IMG/VR virus record: IMGVR_UViG_3300035182_002586
Location: 1 to 64,000 of that record
Direction: 5' to 3' (one strand)
Length of the DNA stretch: 64,000 bases
The position numbers and the translations under genes are program-made. Numbering within the stretch: the first letter of the stretch is position 1; the number at the start of each line of letters is the position of its first letter. Positions 29,256-37,576 of this stretch are shown here, piece after piece. Below the pieces are notes generated by a model that made no database searches, had not been told where the DNA came from, and saw only the letters and a list, made by a program, of their open reading frames with translations.

Positions 29256-30624
29256 GTTCGTGCCCCTTCCCCTGCGGTTGGTCCTGGTACGTCTGTGCGC
29301 AGGTCGGGCACACCCCGAGCGCTCGAAGTTCCGCCCGCGCCTCCTCCAGGAGCACGGTGGCCTCCTCGGCTTCCTTGGCGGCGGCTCGAATCTGCTCCTC
29401 CAGCAGATCGACCCCCCGCGTGAGGAAATCGAGCTTGCGGGCAAGGTCTGCGCACCCTGTCAGGGCCCGACCCTTTTCCACGAGGGGTCGAGAGTCGAGG
29501 GTGGGGAGCTGCTCGCCCTTCTGGATCTCAGCCTTCCAGACCCGCGCCGCCACGAGCTTGGCGATCCAAGTTCCCATCTGGCGGAGCGTCGTGACCGCCG
29601 ACGCATTGGGAAGGCTCGTGGGTGCATGTACCGACTCGACGCCGATGCAGGCTGCGATGGTCGCCTGACACTCGGCCTCGCGAATCTGCATGCTCACGAG
29701 CTGCTGGTACTCCGCAGCCTTCCGTACGAGGTTCGCGGGCGAGGGGGCTTCGACCTTCTCCACGCCTTGCAGCGCCTTGTACGGCGGCATGAGCGTCAGC
29801 CACTTGTCCGTGTACTCCACCGTCTTGCGGTACTCGTCTCCGCGTGCCACCAAGGAGGCGACCACAGGGGCCCGGACAGCATCCACACCCGAAAGAGAAT
29901 CGACGCGCTCTTTGGCGGCCTCAAGGGAAACGATGAACCCGTACACACGGGCCCCCTCAACCTCCATGGCTTGGAGCTTACCGAGCCGTGCCTCCACCTT
30001 CGCCGCACGGTCAAGTGCCGGGTCGAGGCCGCCATACTGATCGAGCTGCGCGTTCAGCTCTGCGAGGTCCTTCTCGCGTACCTTCCGCAGCGAGTTCGCC
30101 TCACGTCTGTCCTTCTCGACCATCTTGACCGCGACGTTGATCGCGTCGAGGCGGGCAACGTCCGAGAGAACGTTCGCAACCGTGGCCCCGGACTCGTCGA
30201 GGAGGAAGATGGGCTTGAGCTGGTCGCTCACCTGGATGAGGCGCGAGTCGTCACCGATGCGCACGGGCTCGAACCCGGATCCCTTGAGGAACTCCGGGAA
30301 GCCTCGGCCAGGGACCGTCAGCTCCACGCCGTTGAAGACGTAGCGGTTGATCGCGTCACCCTTCTCCCACAGGAGGTCGAACCCTTCCTTCTTGATGTGC
30401 ACGGATGCCTGGCACCGGCAGGTCTTCGCCCCCTTCAAGCGCCGAGCACAAGAGACCCCATGCCGAACGAACGACGCGCCCGAAGCCCCGGACAGAGCCG
30501 CCTTCACGGCTCGAACGATGGAACTCTTGCCGATGTTGGACCGCCCGGAGAGCGCGGTGAAGCCTTCGACACGCACCTTCACGTGCTCGATGCTCTGAAA
30601 CCCCCGGATCTCGATGTCGATCAT
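29230..30624 (-). CDS. sbcC: SbcC/Rad50 N-terminal half ending in zinc hook
   Basis: IRGFQS, Walker A GRSNIGKSS, Q-loop, coiled coil, terminal CPTCAQ. Confidence 0.85.
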   Translation of the reverse strand: MIDIEIRGFQSIEHVKVRVEGFTALSGRSNIGKSSIVRAVKAALSGASGASFVRHGVSCARRLKGAKTCRCQASVHIKKEGFDLLWEKGDAINRYVFNGVELTVPGRGFPEFLKGSGFEPVRIGDDSRLIQVSDQLKPIFLLDESGATVANVLSDVARLDAINVAVKMVEKDRREANSLRKVREKDLAELNAQLDQYGGLDPALDRAAKVEARLGKLQAMEVEGARVYGFIVSLEAAKERVDSLSGVDAVRAPVVASLVARGDEYRKTVEYTDKWLTLMPPYKALQGVEKVEAPSPANLVRKAAEYQQLVSMQIREAECQATIAACIGVESVHAPTSLPNASAVTTLRQMGTWIAKLVAARVWKAEIQKGEQLPTLDSRPLVEKGRALTGCADLARKLDFLTRGVDLLEEQIRAAAKEAEEATVLLEEARAELRALGVCPTCAQTYQDQPQGKGHEHAVVHLPD

Positions 30625-30684
30625 GTGGGAGACCCTCCGGAGAGGGTGGGTGCACGAACGGCCCCCACCCTCTCCTTACGTCGA

Positions 30685-32040
30685 TCAGGACGCAGGGTTC
30701 TCTACACCACCCGTCTCGCTCACGAGGATCTCAGCAGCCTCGGCAGCGAGATCCTTCTCGTCCTCGTCGTCATCCCCAGTGGCGGTGGCCGCGTTGTACT
30801 CGGCCATCAGACGATCTTCCTCGGACAGCTCCTCGTCGGGGATCGTGTCCGCCGTCGCGAGTACTGCGGACGTAACCCTTGAGGTAAGCTCCGCGAAGAG
30901 CTTGGGGTCGTTCTTGAGATGGTCGCGCCACTTGTCGCGACCCTGGAGGCGCAGGCCGTTGTAGGTGAGCCAGGCCCCGTCCTTCTTCATGATGTTCTGC
31001 GCGCACGCCGTCTGGATCACGGAGTAGTAGTTGTCGATCCCATCGCCGTAGCGGATGAAGATCTCCACCTCGTGGCCCTGCTTCGCGTCGCACTTCGACT
31101 TGACGCACTTCACCTTCGTCTGGTTGCCGTAGGGGTAGCGCTTGTCCTTGCCGGTGAGCGGGTCCTTGCGCTGGATGAACTCCGACCCGATGCGCGTGAG
31201 CTGGAGGCGCACATAGGCGAAGAACTTGAGCGCCTTGCCGCCCGTCGTGTTCGTGTTGTCCGGAGCACCACCGCCACCACCGCCACTCGTCTGGATCAGC
31301 GAGCGCGTCTGGTTGATGAACACGAGGGCCGAACCCTTCGCGCCCGGGAGGGGTTTGCCCGACTCTTTGTCCTGTGGGTACTTCGTCAGCCAGAGCATGA
31401 ACTTCGGGAGAAGCTCGCTCATCGGCTTAGCGACCCCGCCGACCTTCGCCGCGTCTCCGATGTCCTTCTCCAGCTCGGCTGCCGGGACCATCGCGGCCAC
31501 CGAGTCGACGATGATGAGATCGATCCCCGCCATGATGCCCGCGAGCATCATCTGGAACCCCTCCTCCATCGTGTCCGGCTGCCACCAGCCGAACGAGTCG
31601 TCGAACTTGACGCCGATGCTCTCGGCGTACCCCTTGTGGAGCGCGTGCTCGAAGTCGAGGAACATCACGTTCCCGCCCTCACGCTGGCACTTGGCGGCCG
31701 ATGCGAGGGTGAGGGTCGTCTTGCCCGACGACTCACCACCGAACACCTCGGTGAGACGACGACGAGGGAAGCCGGGGCAGACCGGGCCCTTGCCATCCTT
31801 CGCGGGCGTCCCGCCGATCAGGTAGTCGACGATCACCGAACCCGTCGAGGTCGCGGCCATCGTCGAGACGCCACCCGCGATCGGCTTCTGGCCCGTCTTC
31901 TTGAAGATCATGGCCTTGGTGAGGTCCATGACCGACATCTTGCCCGGCGCCTTCTTCGTGACGGTGCTCGCCTTGGCGGCGGCTTGTGCCTTGGGGGCAG
32001 CCTTCGTGTCAGCCTTCGTGTCCTTCTTCGGGTCTACCAT
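30685..32040 (-). CDS. recA: RecA recombinase
   Basis: STGS, GGESSGKTT, DFEHAL, VDSVAAMVP, FINQ.R, GGKALKF.A.VRL. Confidence 0.95.
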   Translation of the reverse strand: MVDPKKDTKADTKAAPKAQAAAKASTVTKKAPGKMSVMDLTKAMIFKKTGQKPIAGGVSTMAATSTGSVIVDYLIGGTPAKDGKGPVCPGFPRRRLTEVFGGESSGKTTLTLASAAKCQREGGNVMFLDFEHALHKGYAESIGVKFDDSFGWWQPDTMEEGFQMMLAGIMAGIDLIIVDSVAAMVPAAELEKDIGDAAKVGGVAKPMSELLPKFMLWLTKYPQDKESGKPLPGAKGSALVFINQTRSLIQTSGGGGGGAPDNTNTTGGKALKFFAYVRLQLTRIGSEFIQRKDPLTGKDKRYPYGNQTKVKCVKSKCDAKQGHEVEIFIRYGDGIDNYYSVIQTACAQNIMKKDGAWLTYNGLRLQGRDKWRDHLKNDPKLFAELTSRVTSAVLATADTIPDEELSEEDRLMAEYNAATATGDDDEDEKDLAAEAAEILVSETGGVENPAS

Positions 32041-32734
32041 GACGGGGGATCTCCAGTACGCGTTCGAGTTGATCGTCCGAGTCCGGTCCGAGGCGGGAGA
32101 AACGGTAGAACCGCTTACCCTCCTTGAAGGCCGCCCCTTGGTAGAGGGTCTCGCCCGCGCGCTTACCTTTGGTGAAGGTGTGCACGAGAGCGAAAGCCCT
32201 CTTCTCCGCGGGTGTCAGCTCCTCCACACCGACTCTCTCGTCTATGAAGTCGAAGAATCGGGCTGCGAACCGTGCGATGTGGTAGGCGTCCGCTTCATTG
32301 TGGTTGAAGCGGCCTGTGACACCGGTGTCCGCCTTGGCGGCGTCCACCATGTCTTGCTTGAACATCTTGCCCTTGCGGACGCTCGGATCTCCCTTGGTCA
32401 GCATCTTCACGCTGCCAGGATCGAAGTACACGACGTCCTTGCGACGCGTGTAGATCGCCTCGTTGACGTACAGGAAGAGCCCGTATAGCCCTTCGCTGAA
32501 CTGTTCACCGAATGGAGGGGACTCGACCCCAATCGCCTGGATCGACGGGAACTTGTCGATCAGACGCTCTATGTCTGCCCTGAGGGCGCGGTAGCGAGTG
32601 ACGAAGATGGACTTCGCCGACGTCACAAACCGCCCCCTCGCTACAACCCGAGCAGGCCCTACGGCTTCTGAGTTGTGGACACACCAGCCGAAGCCGGTCA
32701 GAGAAGGGTCGAGTCCGAGCGAGATCATGGGCAC
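32009..32734 (-). CDS. RuvC-like Holliday junction resolvase
   Basis: LGLDPSLTGFG, GVE.P, K..MV, NEADAY. Confidence 0.8.
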   Translation of the reverse strand: MPMISLGLDPSLTGFGWCVHNSEAVGPARVVARGRFVTSAKSIFVTRYRALRADIERLIDKFPSIQAIGVESPPFGEQFSEGLYGLFLYVNEAIYTRRKDVVYFDPGSVKMLTKGDPSVRKGKMFKQDMVDAAKADTGVTGRFNHNEADAYHIARFAARFFDFIDERVGVEELTPAEKRAFALVHTFTKGKRAGETLYQGAAFKEGKRFYRFSRLGPDSDDQLERVLEIPRHGRPEEGHEG

Positions 32735-32769
32735 GTGGACGGGGGGCGACTACTCGCCCCCGTGCCCAC

Positions 32770-33684
32770 TCAGACGTTGCTCAGGATGTCGTCGAAGTTG
32801 GTGGCATCACCACCACCCGCATCGAGCGCCGGAGCCGACCCACCGCCGCCGCTCGTGAGAGCGCCGGCCGAGGAGGAGGAGGAGGAGGACGTGCTCGAAC
32901 CGCCGCCGAGCTTCTGACGGAGCTGCTCCGTCGTCATGTCGCGGAACGGCGAGAGCTTGTCGTAGAACGGGAGAGCCTTGCTGAGGACGAGCTGCGCGAA
33001 GTCTTCCTTCGATGCCCAGATCGCCTTGCCCGCCGCCGTGACCGTGAACTTCTGGTACGTCGGGTCTTTGCAGTCGAGGAGGAAGTCCTGCCCTGCGACG
33101 GGGATGTTGTTCGTCATCAGGGTGTTCTTGGTCTTCTCGAACTCCTGGTACGACGGCTCCGAGAGGCGCCACGGTCTGACCTGGAGGCCCGCCTGGAACG
33201 CTTCCTTGTCGCGGATGATCTGCCCCTTGTTGTCCGTGAGGTAGAAGACCATCAGCGTGACGTAGTAGACGCGCGGCTCGGGGAGCTGACGCCACACCTT
33301 GTCTGCGTCCGACCCCTCCAGACCCAGGCGTGAGGTCACGAAGCCGAGACCCTCCTGGAAGTGGGCCCGGATCTTCTTGAACTTCGCCGTGCCGCGATCG
33401 AGCTTGTCGATGTCGGTCAGGTCGTCGACGCTCTTGCCGAGCTGGTCAGCGCGAGCCTTGAGCGCCTTCGCGCCGATGGCCATCTGCTCGTCGCGGGAGA
33501 GGCGCGGGTTGTCACGCTTCGCCGCGAGGACCGCGTTCACGTCGACGCGGTGGAAGTAGACCGGCGAGGCGCGCTCGATCTTCCCCTTGATGCCCTTGTA
33601 CCAGGCATCGCGGTCATTGGTCGTCGTGTGGGTTTCGAGATCGATGTCGCCCGCGAAATCGTCGTAGTCGAACGGAGTGCTCAT
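32770..33684 (-). CDS. probable single-stranded DNA-binding protein
   Basis: Ser/Gly linker and acidic-hydrophobic tail (NFDDILSNV) as in T4 gp32-type SSBs; strong RBS; upstream of ruvC-recA. Inference. Confidence 0.55.
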   Translation of the reverse strand: MSTPFDYDDFAGDIDLETHTTTNDRDAWYKGIKGKIERASPVYFHRVDVNAVLAAKRDNPRLSRDEQMAIGAKALKARADQLGKSVDDLTDIDKLDRGTAKFKKIRAHFQEGLGFVTSRLGLEGSDADKVWRQLPEPRVYYVTLMVFYLTDNKGQIIRDKEAFQAGLQVRPWRLSEPSYQEFEKTKNTLMTNNIPVAGQDFLLDCKDPTYQKFTVTAAGKAIWASKEDFAQLVLSKALPFYDKLSPFRDMTTEQLRQKLGGGSSTSSSSSSSAGALTSGGGGSAPALDAGGGDATNFDDILSNV

Positions 33685-33838
33685 GGTCGTCTCCTCTTGC
33701 GGACCGTCCCGTGCAAACGGTGCCTTGTAGGCGGGTAGCCGGGGCAGTCAGGTTGGTGTTCGTGAGTGCCTATCCAGAGGGAGGGTCCCCCCGAACAGGC
33801 GCGCCGGTACACCAGACGATGCGAGGTCGCACCGCCTA

Positions 33839-34909
33839 TCACGAGAGGAGGAACGAAAGATCCTCGTCAGACACGTCAACAGGCGGCGGCGTGGGCTTTC
33901 CAGCGAGAAACGCCTTGGTTTCGTCATCCATCACGGCCGGCTGGAGGAGACTTTGAATCCGGTCTTCGTCCGGGAGAGCCTCTTTCGAGACTGATGCGCC
34001 CGGGGTCGACGTTGTAGCGTCCAGGCTCGCCAGGATATCTTCGACGCTCGGAGGGGGCGGCGTGGGCCCGGACTTGGGCTTGGGTGCCTCCACGGGCGCT
34101 TCTGAGGGCCCGGAAGTCGGAGCCGTGGCCGGTGAAGGGCCCGTACTTGCGGGGACCGTCAGAGAGCCTTCGAGAGCCATCCGCACGATCTCATCAGAGG
34201 GTGTCTCGGGCGCCTTCGGCGTGGGCACCACTTCCGGGGTCACTTCCGGGGTCACTTCCGGGGTCACTTCCGGGGTCACTTCCGGGGTCACTTCCGGGGT
34301 CACTTCCGGGGTCGCCTTGTCGTCACCGTTCATCCCCGAGGTGTCGAGGATCTCCCGCAGCTCCTCTTCGTCGATGTCTTCGTCAGGCAGGATGGGCTCG
34401 ACGTAGGATGAGCTTCCCTTCGAGGGCCGCTCGTCACCGTACATGGCACCCGTGTCGATCTCGGCACGAATGAGAGCACGCTGCTCACGGACCTCGGTGA
34501 TGGTGTCTCGGATCTCTCGATGCCTGTGACGGATGGCCTTCTCGACGTGCGTGAGGTCTGCGATCTCTCGCTTCTTCGTGTGGATCTCGCGGAGCTGCTC
34601 ACGCAGGATCGTCTTGATCGCAGCCTCGCGGTCCTTGATATTCGCACGTGAGGTGACGCGCTCATCTCCCGCCAGCAGCTCTGAGCAGTCGATCTCGTAG
34701 GCACCCTCAAGGGCGTTCAACTCGCTTGTGAGCTGCGAGCGCTCCTGGTGGATCTCCATGAGGATCAAGGAGACCCTGTTGGTCCAGTTGCGGAGCGTGG
34801 CGATGCAATCCTGGAGGTACTTGGGCCCGAGAGAAACGGGGTCCCTTGCCAGGGTCATCTGGAACTGGTTCAGCTCGTCGTAGATCTTCGCAGCGCGCTC
34901 CGGTGTCAT
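33839..34909 (-). CDS. helical protein with TPEV repeats (possible recombination mediator)
   Basis: N-terminal coiled coil, Pro/acidic disordered C-terminus; ATGA overlap with upstream gene. Confidence 0.65.
   Translation of the reverse strand: MTPERAAKIYDELNQFQMTLARDPVSLGPKYLQDCIATLRNWTNRVSLILMEIHQERSQLTSELNALEGAYEIDCSELLAGDERVTSRANIKDREAAIKTILREQLREIHTKKREIADLTHVEKAIRHRHREIRDTITEVREQRALIRAEIDTGAMYGDERPSKGSSSYVEPILPDEDIDEEELREILDTSGMNGDDKATPEVTPEVTPEVTPEVTPEVTPEVTPEVVPTPKAPETPSDEIVRMALEGSLTVPASTGPSPATAPTSGPSEAPVEAPKPKSGPTPPPPSVEDILASLDATTSTPGASVSKEALPDEDRIQSLLQPAVMDDETKAFLAGKPTPPPVDVSDEDLSFLLS
34229..34312. repeat. perfect 12-bp tandem repeat CACTTCCGGGGT x7
   Basis: Seven exact copies; encode (TPEV)7 on the minus strand. 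Confidence 0.95.
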
Positions 34910-35331
34910 CGTTTGCCTCCGCCCCCGTTGCCGAGGAGACGAGCGATCTGCTTGTCGTACGCTCCTAGGACCCGTCGAACCTCTTCTTCCGCCGAGTGGG
35001 GCAGAAGAATGCCTCGCCGAGCGGCATCCCCGTACACCGCAGCGACCACCTGCTGTGAAAGCAGGGCGTGCACGACCTTCGCCTCGCTCACATCCCAACC
35101 GGCGGACTCTGCACCCTGATCGTGCTGACGTGAGGCGGTGAGGCTGTAAAACGCACTCTTCCGGACCCCGTTCAGGTCCCTCCCCTCGATGGAGAAGGAC
35201 ACCATCAGCTTCTCGTTGCAGATCTCCGATCGGATCTTGTCGAGGCGTGCACGTTGCTCTGCCGTCAGGCCGGTGAAGTCGTCTCCCTCAGCCTGCGTTT
35301 GCAGGGACTCCTGTGTCGGAGGTGCGCTCAT
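34906..35331 (-). CDS. hypothetical protein
   Basis: GGTGTA upstream (in-frame TTG at 12 nt, ATG at 18 nt). Confidence 0.65.
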   Translation of the reverse strand: MSAPPTQESLQTQAEGDDFTGLTAEQRARLDKIRSEICNEKLMVSFSIEGRDLNGVRKSAFYSLTASRQHDQGAESAGWDVSEAKVVHALLSQQVVAAVYGDAARRGILLPHSAEEEVRRVLGAYDKQIARLLGNGGGGKR

Positions 35332-37573
35332 TGTCAACTTGACAACGTACACCGCCCGCAGCCGCCACGACCGCCGCCTGTGCCTCAGCGATGGCACGCG
35401 CAAGCATCGTATTTCTCTGCACCACCATGTCATTCGCGATGGCACGACCCACCGCATCGGCGTGCCCGATCAGCCAGAGCTTCTTCTTGGCCCGGGTCAC
35501 GGCCGTGTAGAGGAGGTTCCGCTGGAGCATGCGACGCTGCGTACGGGCGATGGGGAGGATGACCGTTTCCCACTCCGACCCCTGGCTCTTGTGCACCGTG
35601 ACGGCGTAGGCGAGGCACAGCTTGTAGGGCGCCTCGCTCTTCGGGACACGGACGTAGGTGTCCACATCCATCGGCCCGATCCCGTGGATCTTGATCACCA
35701 CGTCTTCACGGGAGAATGAGTTCACCTTCGCCATGTCCCCGTTGTAGATCCCGAGCTGGTAGTCGTTCTTGACCACCATCACACGATCGCCCTCTCGAAG
35801 AGAGAAGTCGCCCGCCGCCCACTCCGGCTGACCCACGGCAGGGTTCAGCTTGTCCCGCATCTGCGTGTTGAGGGCGTCCACTCCGACCGACCCCTCATAC
35901 TTGGGCGAGAGCACTTGGAAGTTGGCGTCACGGGCCTTGAGCTTCGCCGCCATCTCGACGATCAGGTGGGCTGCCTTCTCCTCGTTCTCCAGGGGGATGA
36001 AGCGGAACTCGCTTGTAGGATCCTTCTCGTCGAGGTCGAGGCTCTCTCCTCCGTTGATCCGGTGGGAGTTCGTGACGATGCCGCCCTTGGCGGATTGACG
36101 GAAGATCTGCGTCAGTCGGACGTTCGGGATCGCCGGACACGCGAGAAGCTCACGCAGCACGTTACCGGGCCCAACCGATGGGAGCTGCGCGTCGTCCCCC
36201 ACGAACACGAGGATCGTCGAGGGGTGTAGAGCGTCGAGGATGCGGAAGAACAGCTCGATGTCGACCATCGACATCTCGTCGATGATCACGGCGTCGATCG
36301 TGTACTTGTTCGCCCGGTTGAAGGCCCACGTCTCCCCGTCGTACCCGAAGGTGCGGTGGATGGTCGCAGACTCTTTGCCCGTGACGCTGGCCATCCTCTT
36401 GGCTGCGATGCCCGTCGGGGCCATCTGCCGAAAGCTCAGCCCCGCAGCCTGAAAGAGGTTCACGAAGGTCTTCACCACCGTGGTCTTGCCCGTGCCCGGG
36501 AGCCCCGTGAGGACCAACACCCGGCTCGTCAGCAGCTTCTCTACGGCCTCTTTCTGCGCGTTCGACAGGTCGATGCGGTGAGACCTCTCGTACTCATCGA
36601 GGAACGCGAGGGGTTCGACTTCGAGCTGCACGGGGGTCAGGAACTCGGCCAGCATGGTGGCCGCTTCTCGTTCGTAGCGGAAGTACTCGGGGAGGTAGAC
36701 GGCTTCCCCATCCACCACAACAGCGCCCTCCGCCGCCAAGCCTTCGACGGCCGTGTTGACCCGTGAGGGTCTCGTGGGGAACGCCGACACCCGGGCATCC
36801 CGAGCCACATCCGGGAACAGCATGGGGAAGTCCCCCTGCTTCACGAATACGTGACCTTCCGTAGTGGCGGCACGCAAGGTGGCGAGAACCGCCCCCTGCG
36901 TACGGCGAGGGTCTTCAAGGTCGAGACCCATGCGCGCAGCGATACGATCAGCTTGCTGCATGGAGAACCCACGGATCTCCAGGAGCCGGTATGGGTTCTT
37001 GGACACGATGTCCTTCGCATCATGCCCAAACCGCACGAACACGTCCTTGATCACCTGCGCGGTGAGCCCCTGGTCCTGGAGGACACCCAACAGCTCGTAC
37101 GTCGTCCGGAGCCGGTCCCACGCGACCAGTGCACGGCTCATCGAGCTGTGCTTGATCTGCCCCGGCATCGCGAGGTGGTCTGGTTCGGCCAACGCCAGAA
37201 CGGCCTTAGGGTTTTCGGCCAGAGCTGCGAACGTCCCCTCCTCGAAGTGATCGCAGATCGTCCGCGTCAGGTTGTAGTCGAGGAAGCCGTCCACACACTC
37301 GTGAAGGAAGCGCAGAGCGCTTTCCCCGTCGGGAGCCCACGGCGCCCAACAGTGGATTGCGAACTGCCTCCCGTACTTCGGGTGCATGACCCACTCCCCA
37401 TTGAGCTGGAGAGTGATGCCCCCGGAGACCCCAAGGAGCCCGCTCAGGTGGCCTCGTGCCTTGCAGAGCACTTCGGACACAGGAGGGTTCGCTGACGCAA
37501 CCTGTAGGGACAGGATGTAGAAGTCCTTGCTCGCGTGCACCACACTGTGTACGCGAGCGCGAATCGTAGCCAT
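35288..37573 (-). CDS. recD2: RecD2/TraA-family SF1B helicase
   Basis: HPKYGRQF, NPYRL, GLPGTGKTT, APTG.AA, DEMSM, GD..QLPSVG, YAVTVHKSQGSE, LYTAVTRAK. Confidence 0.93.
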   Translation of the reverse strand: MATIRARVHSVVHASKDFYILSLQVASANPPVSEVLCKARGHLSGLLGVSGGITLQLNGEWVMHPKYGRQFAIHCWAPWAPDGESALRFLHECVDGFLDYNLTRTICDHFEEGTFAALAENPKAVLALAEPDHLAMPGQIKHSSMSRALVAWDRLRTTYELLGVLQDQGLTAQVIKDVFVRFGHDAKDIVSKNPYRLLEIRGFSMQQADRIAARMGLDLEDPRRTQGAVLATLRAATTEGHVFVKQGDFPMLFPDVARDARVSAFPTRPSRVNTAVEGLAAEGAVVVDGEAVYLPEYFRYEREAATMLAEFLTPVQLEVEPLAFLDEYERSHRIDLSNAQKEAVEKLLTSRVLVLTGLPGTGKTTVVKTFVNLFQAAGLSFRQMAPTGIAAKRMASVTGKESATIHRTFGYDGETWAFNRANKYTIDAVIIDEMSMVDIELFFRILDALHPSTILVFVGDDAQLPSVGPGNVLRELLACPAIPNVRLTQIFRQSAKGGIVTNSHRINGGESLDLDEKDPTSEFRFIPLENEEKAAHLIVEMAAKLKARDANFQVLSPKYEGSVGVDALNTQMRDKLNPAVGQPEWAAGDFSLREGDRVMVVKNDYQLGIYNGDMAKVNSFSREDVVIKIHGIGPMDVDTYVRVPKSEAPYKLCLAYAVTVHKSQGSEWETVILPIARTQRRMLQRNLLYTAVTRAKKKLWLIGHADAVGRAIANDMVVQRNTMLARAIAEAQAAVVAAAGGVRCQVDNERTSDTGVPANAG

Positions 37574-37576
37574 AGG

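Noticed and set aside
34229-34312. Possible CRISPR array
   Set aside because: Contiguous 12-bp units with no spacers; a coding minisatellite.
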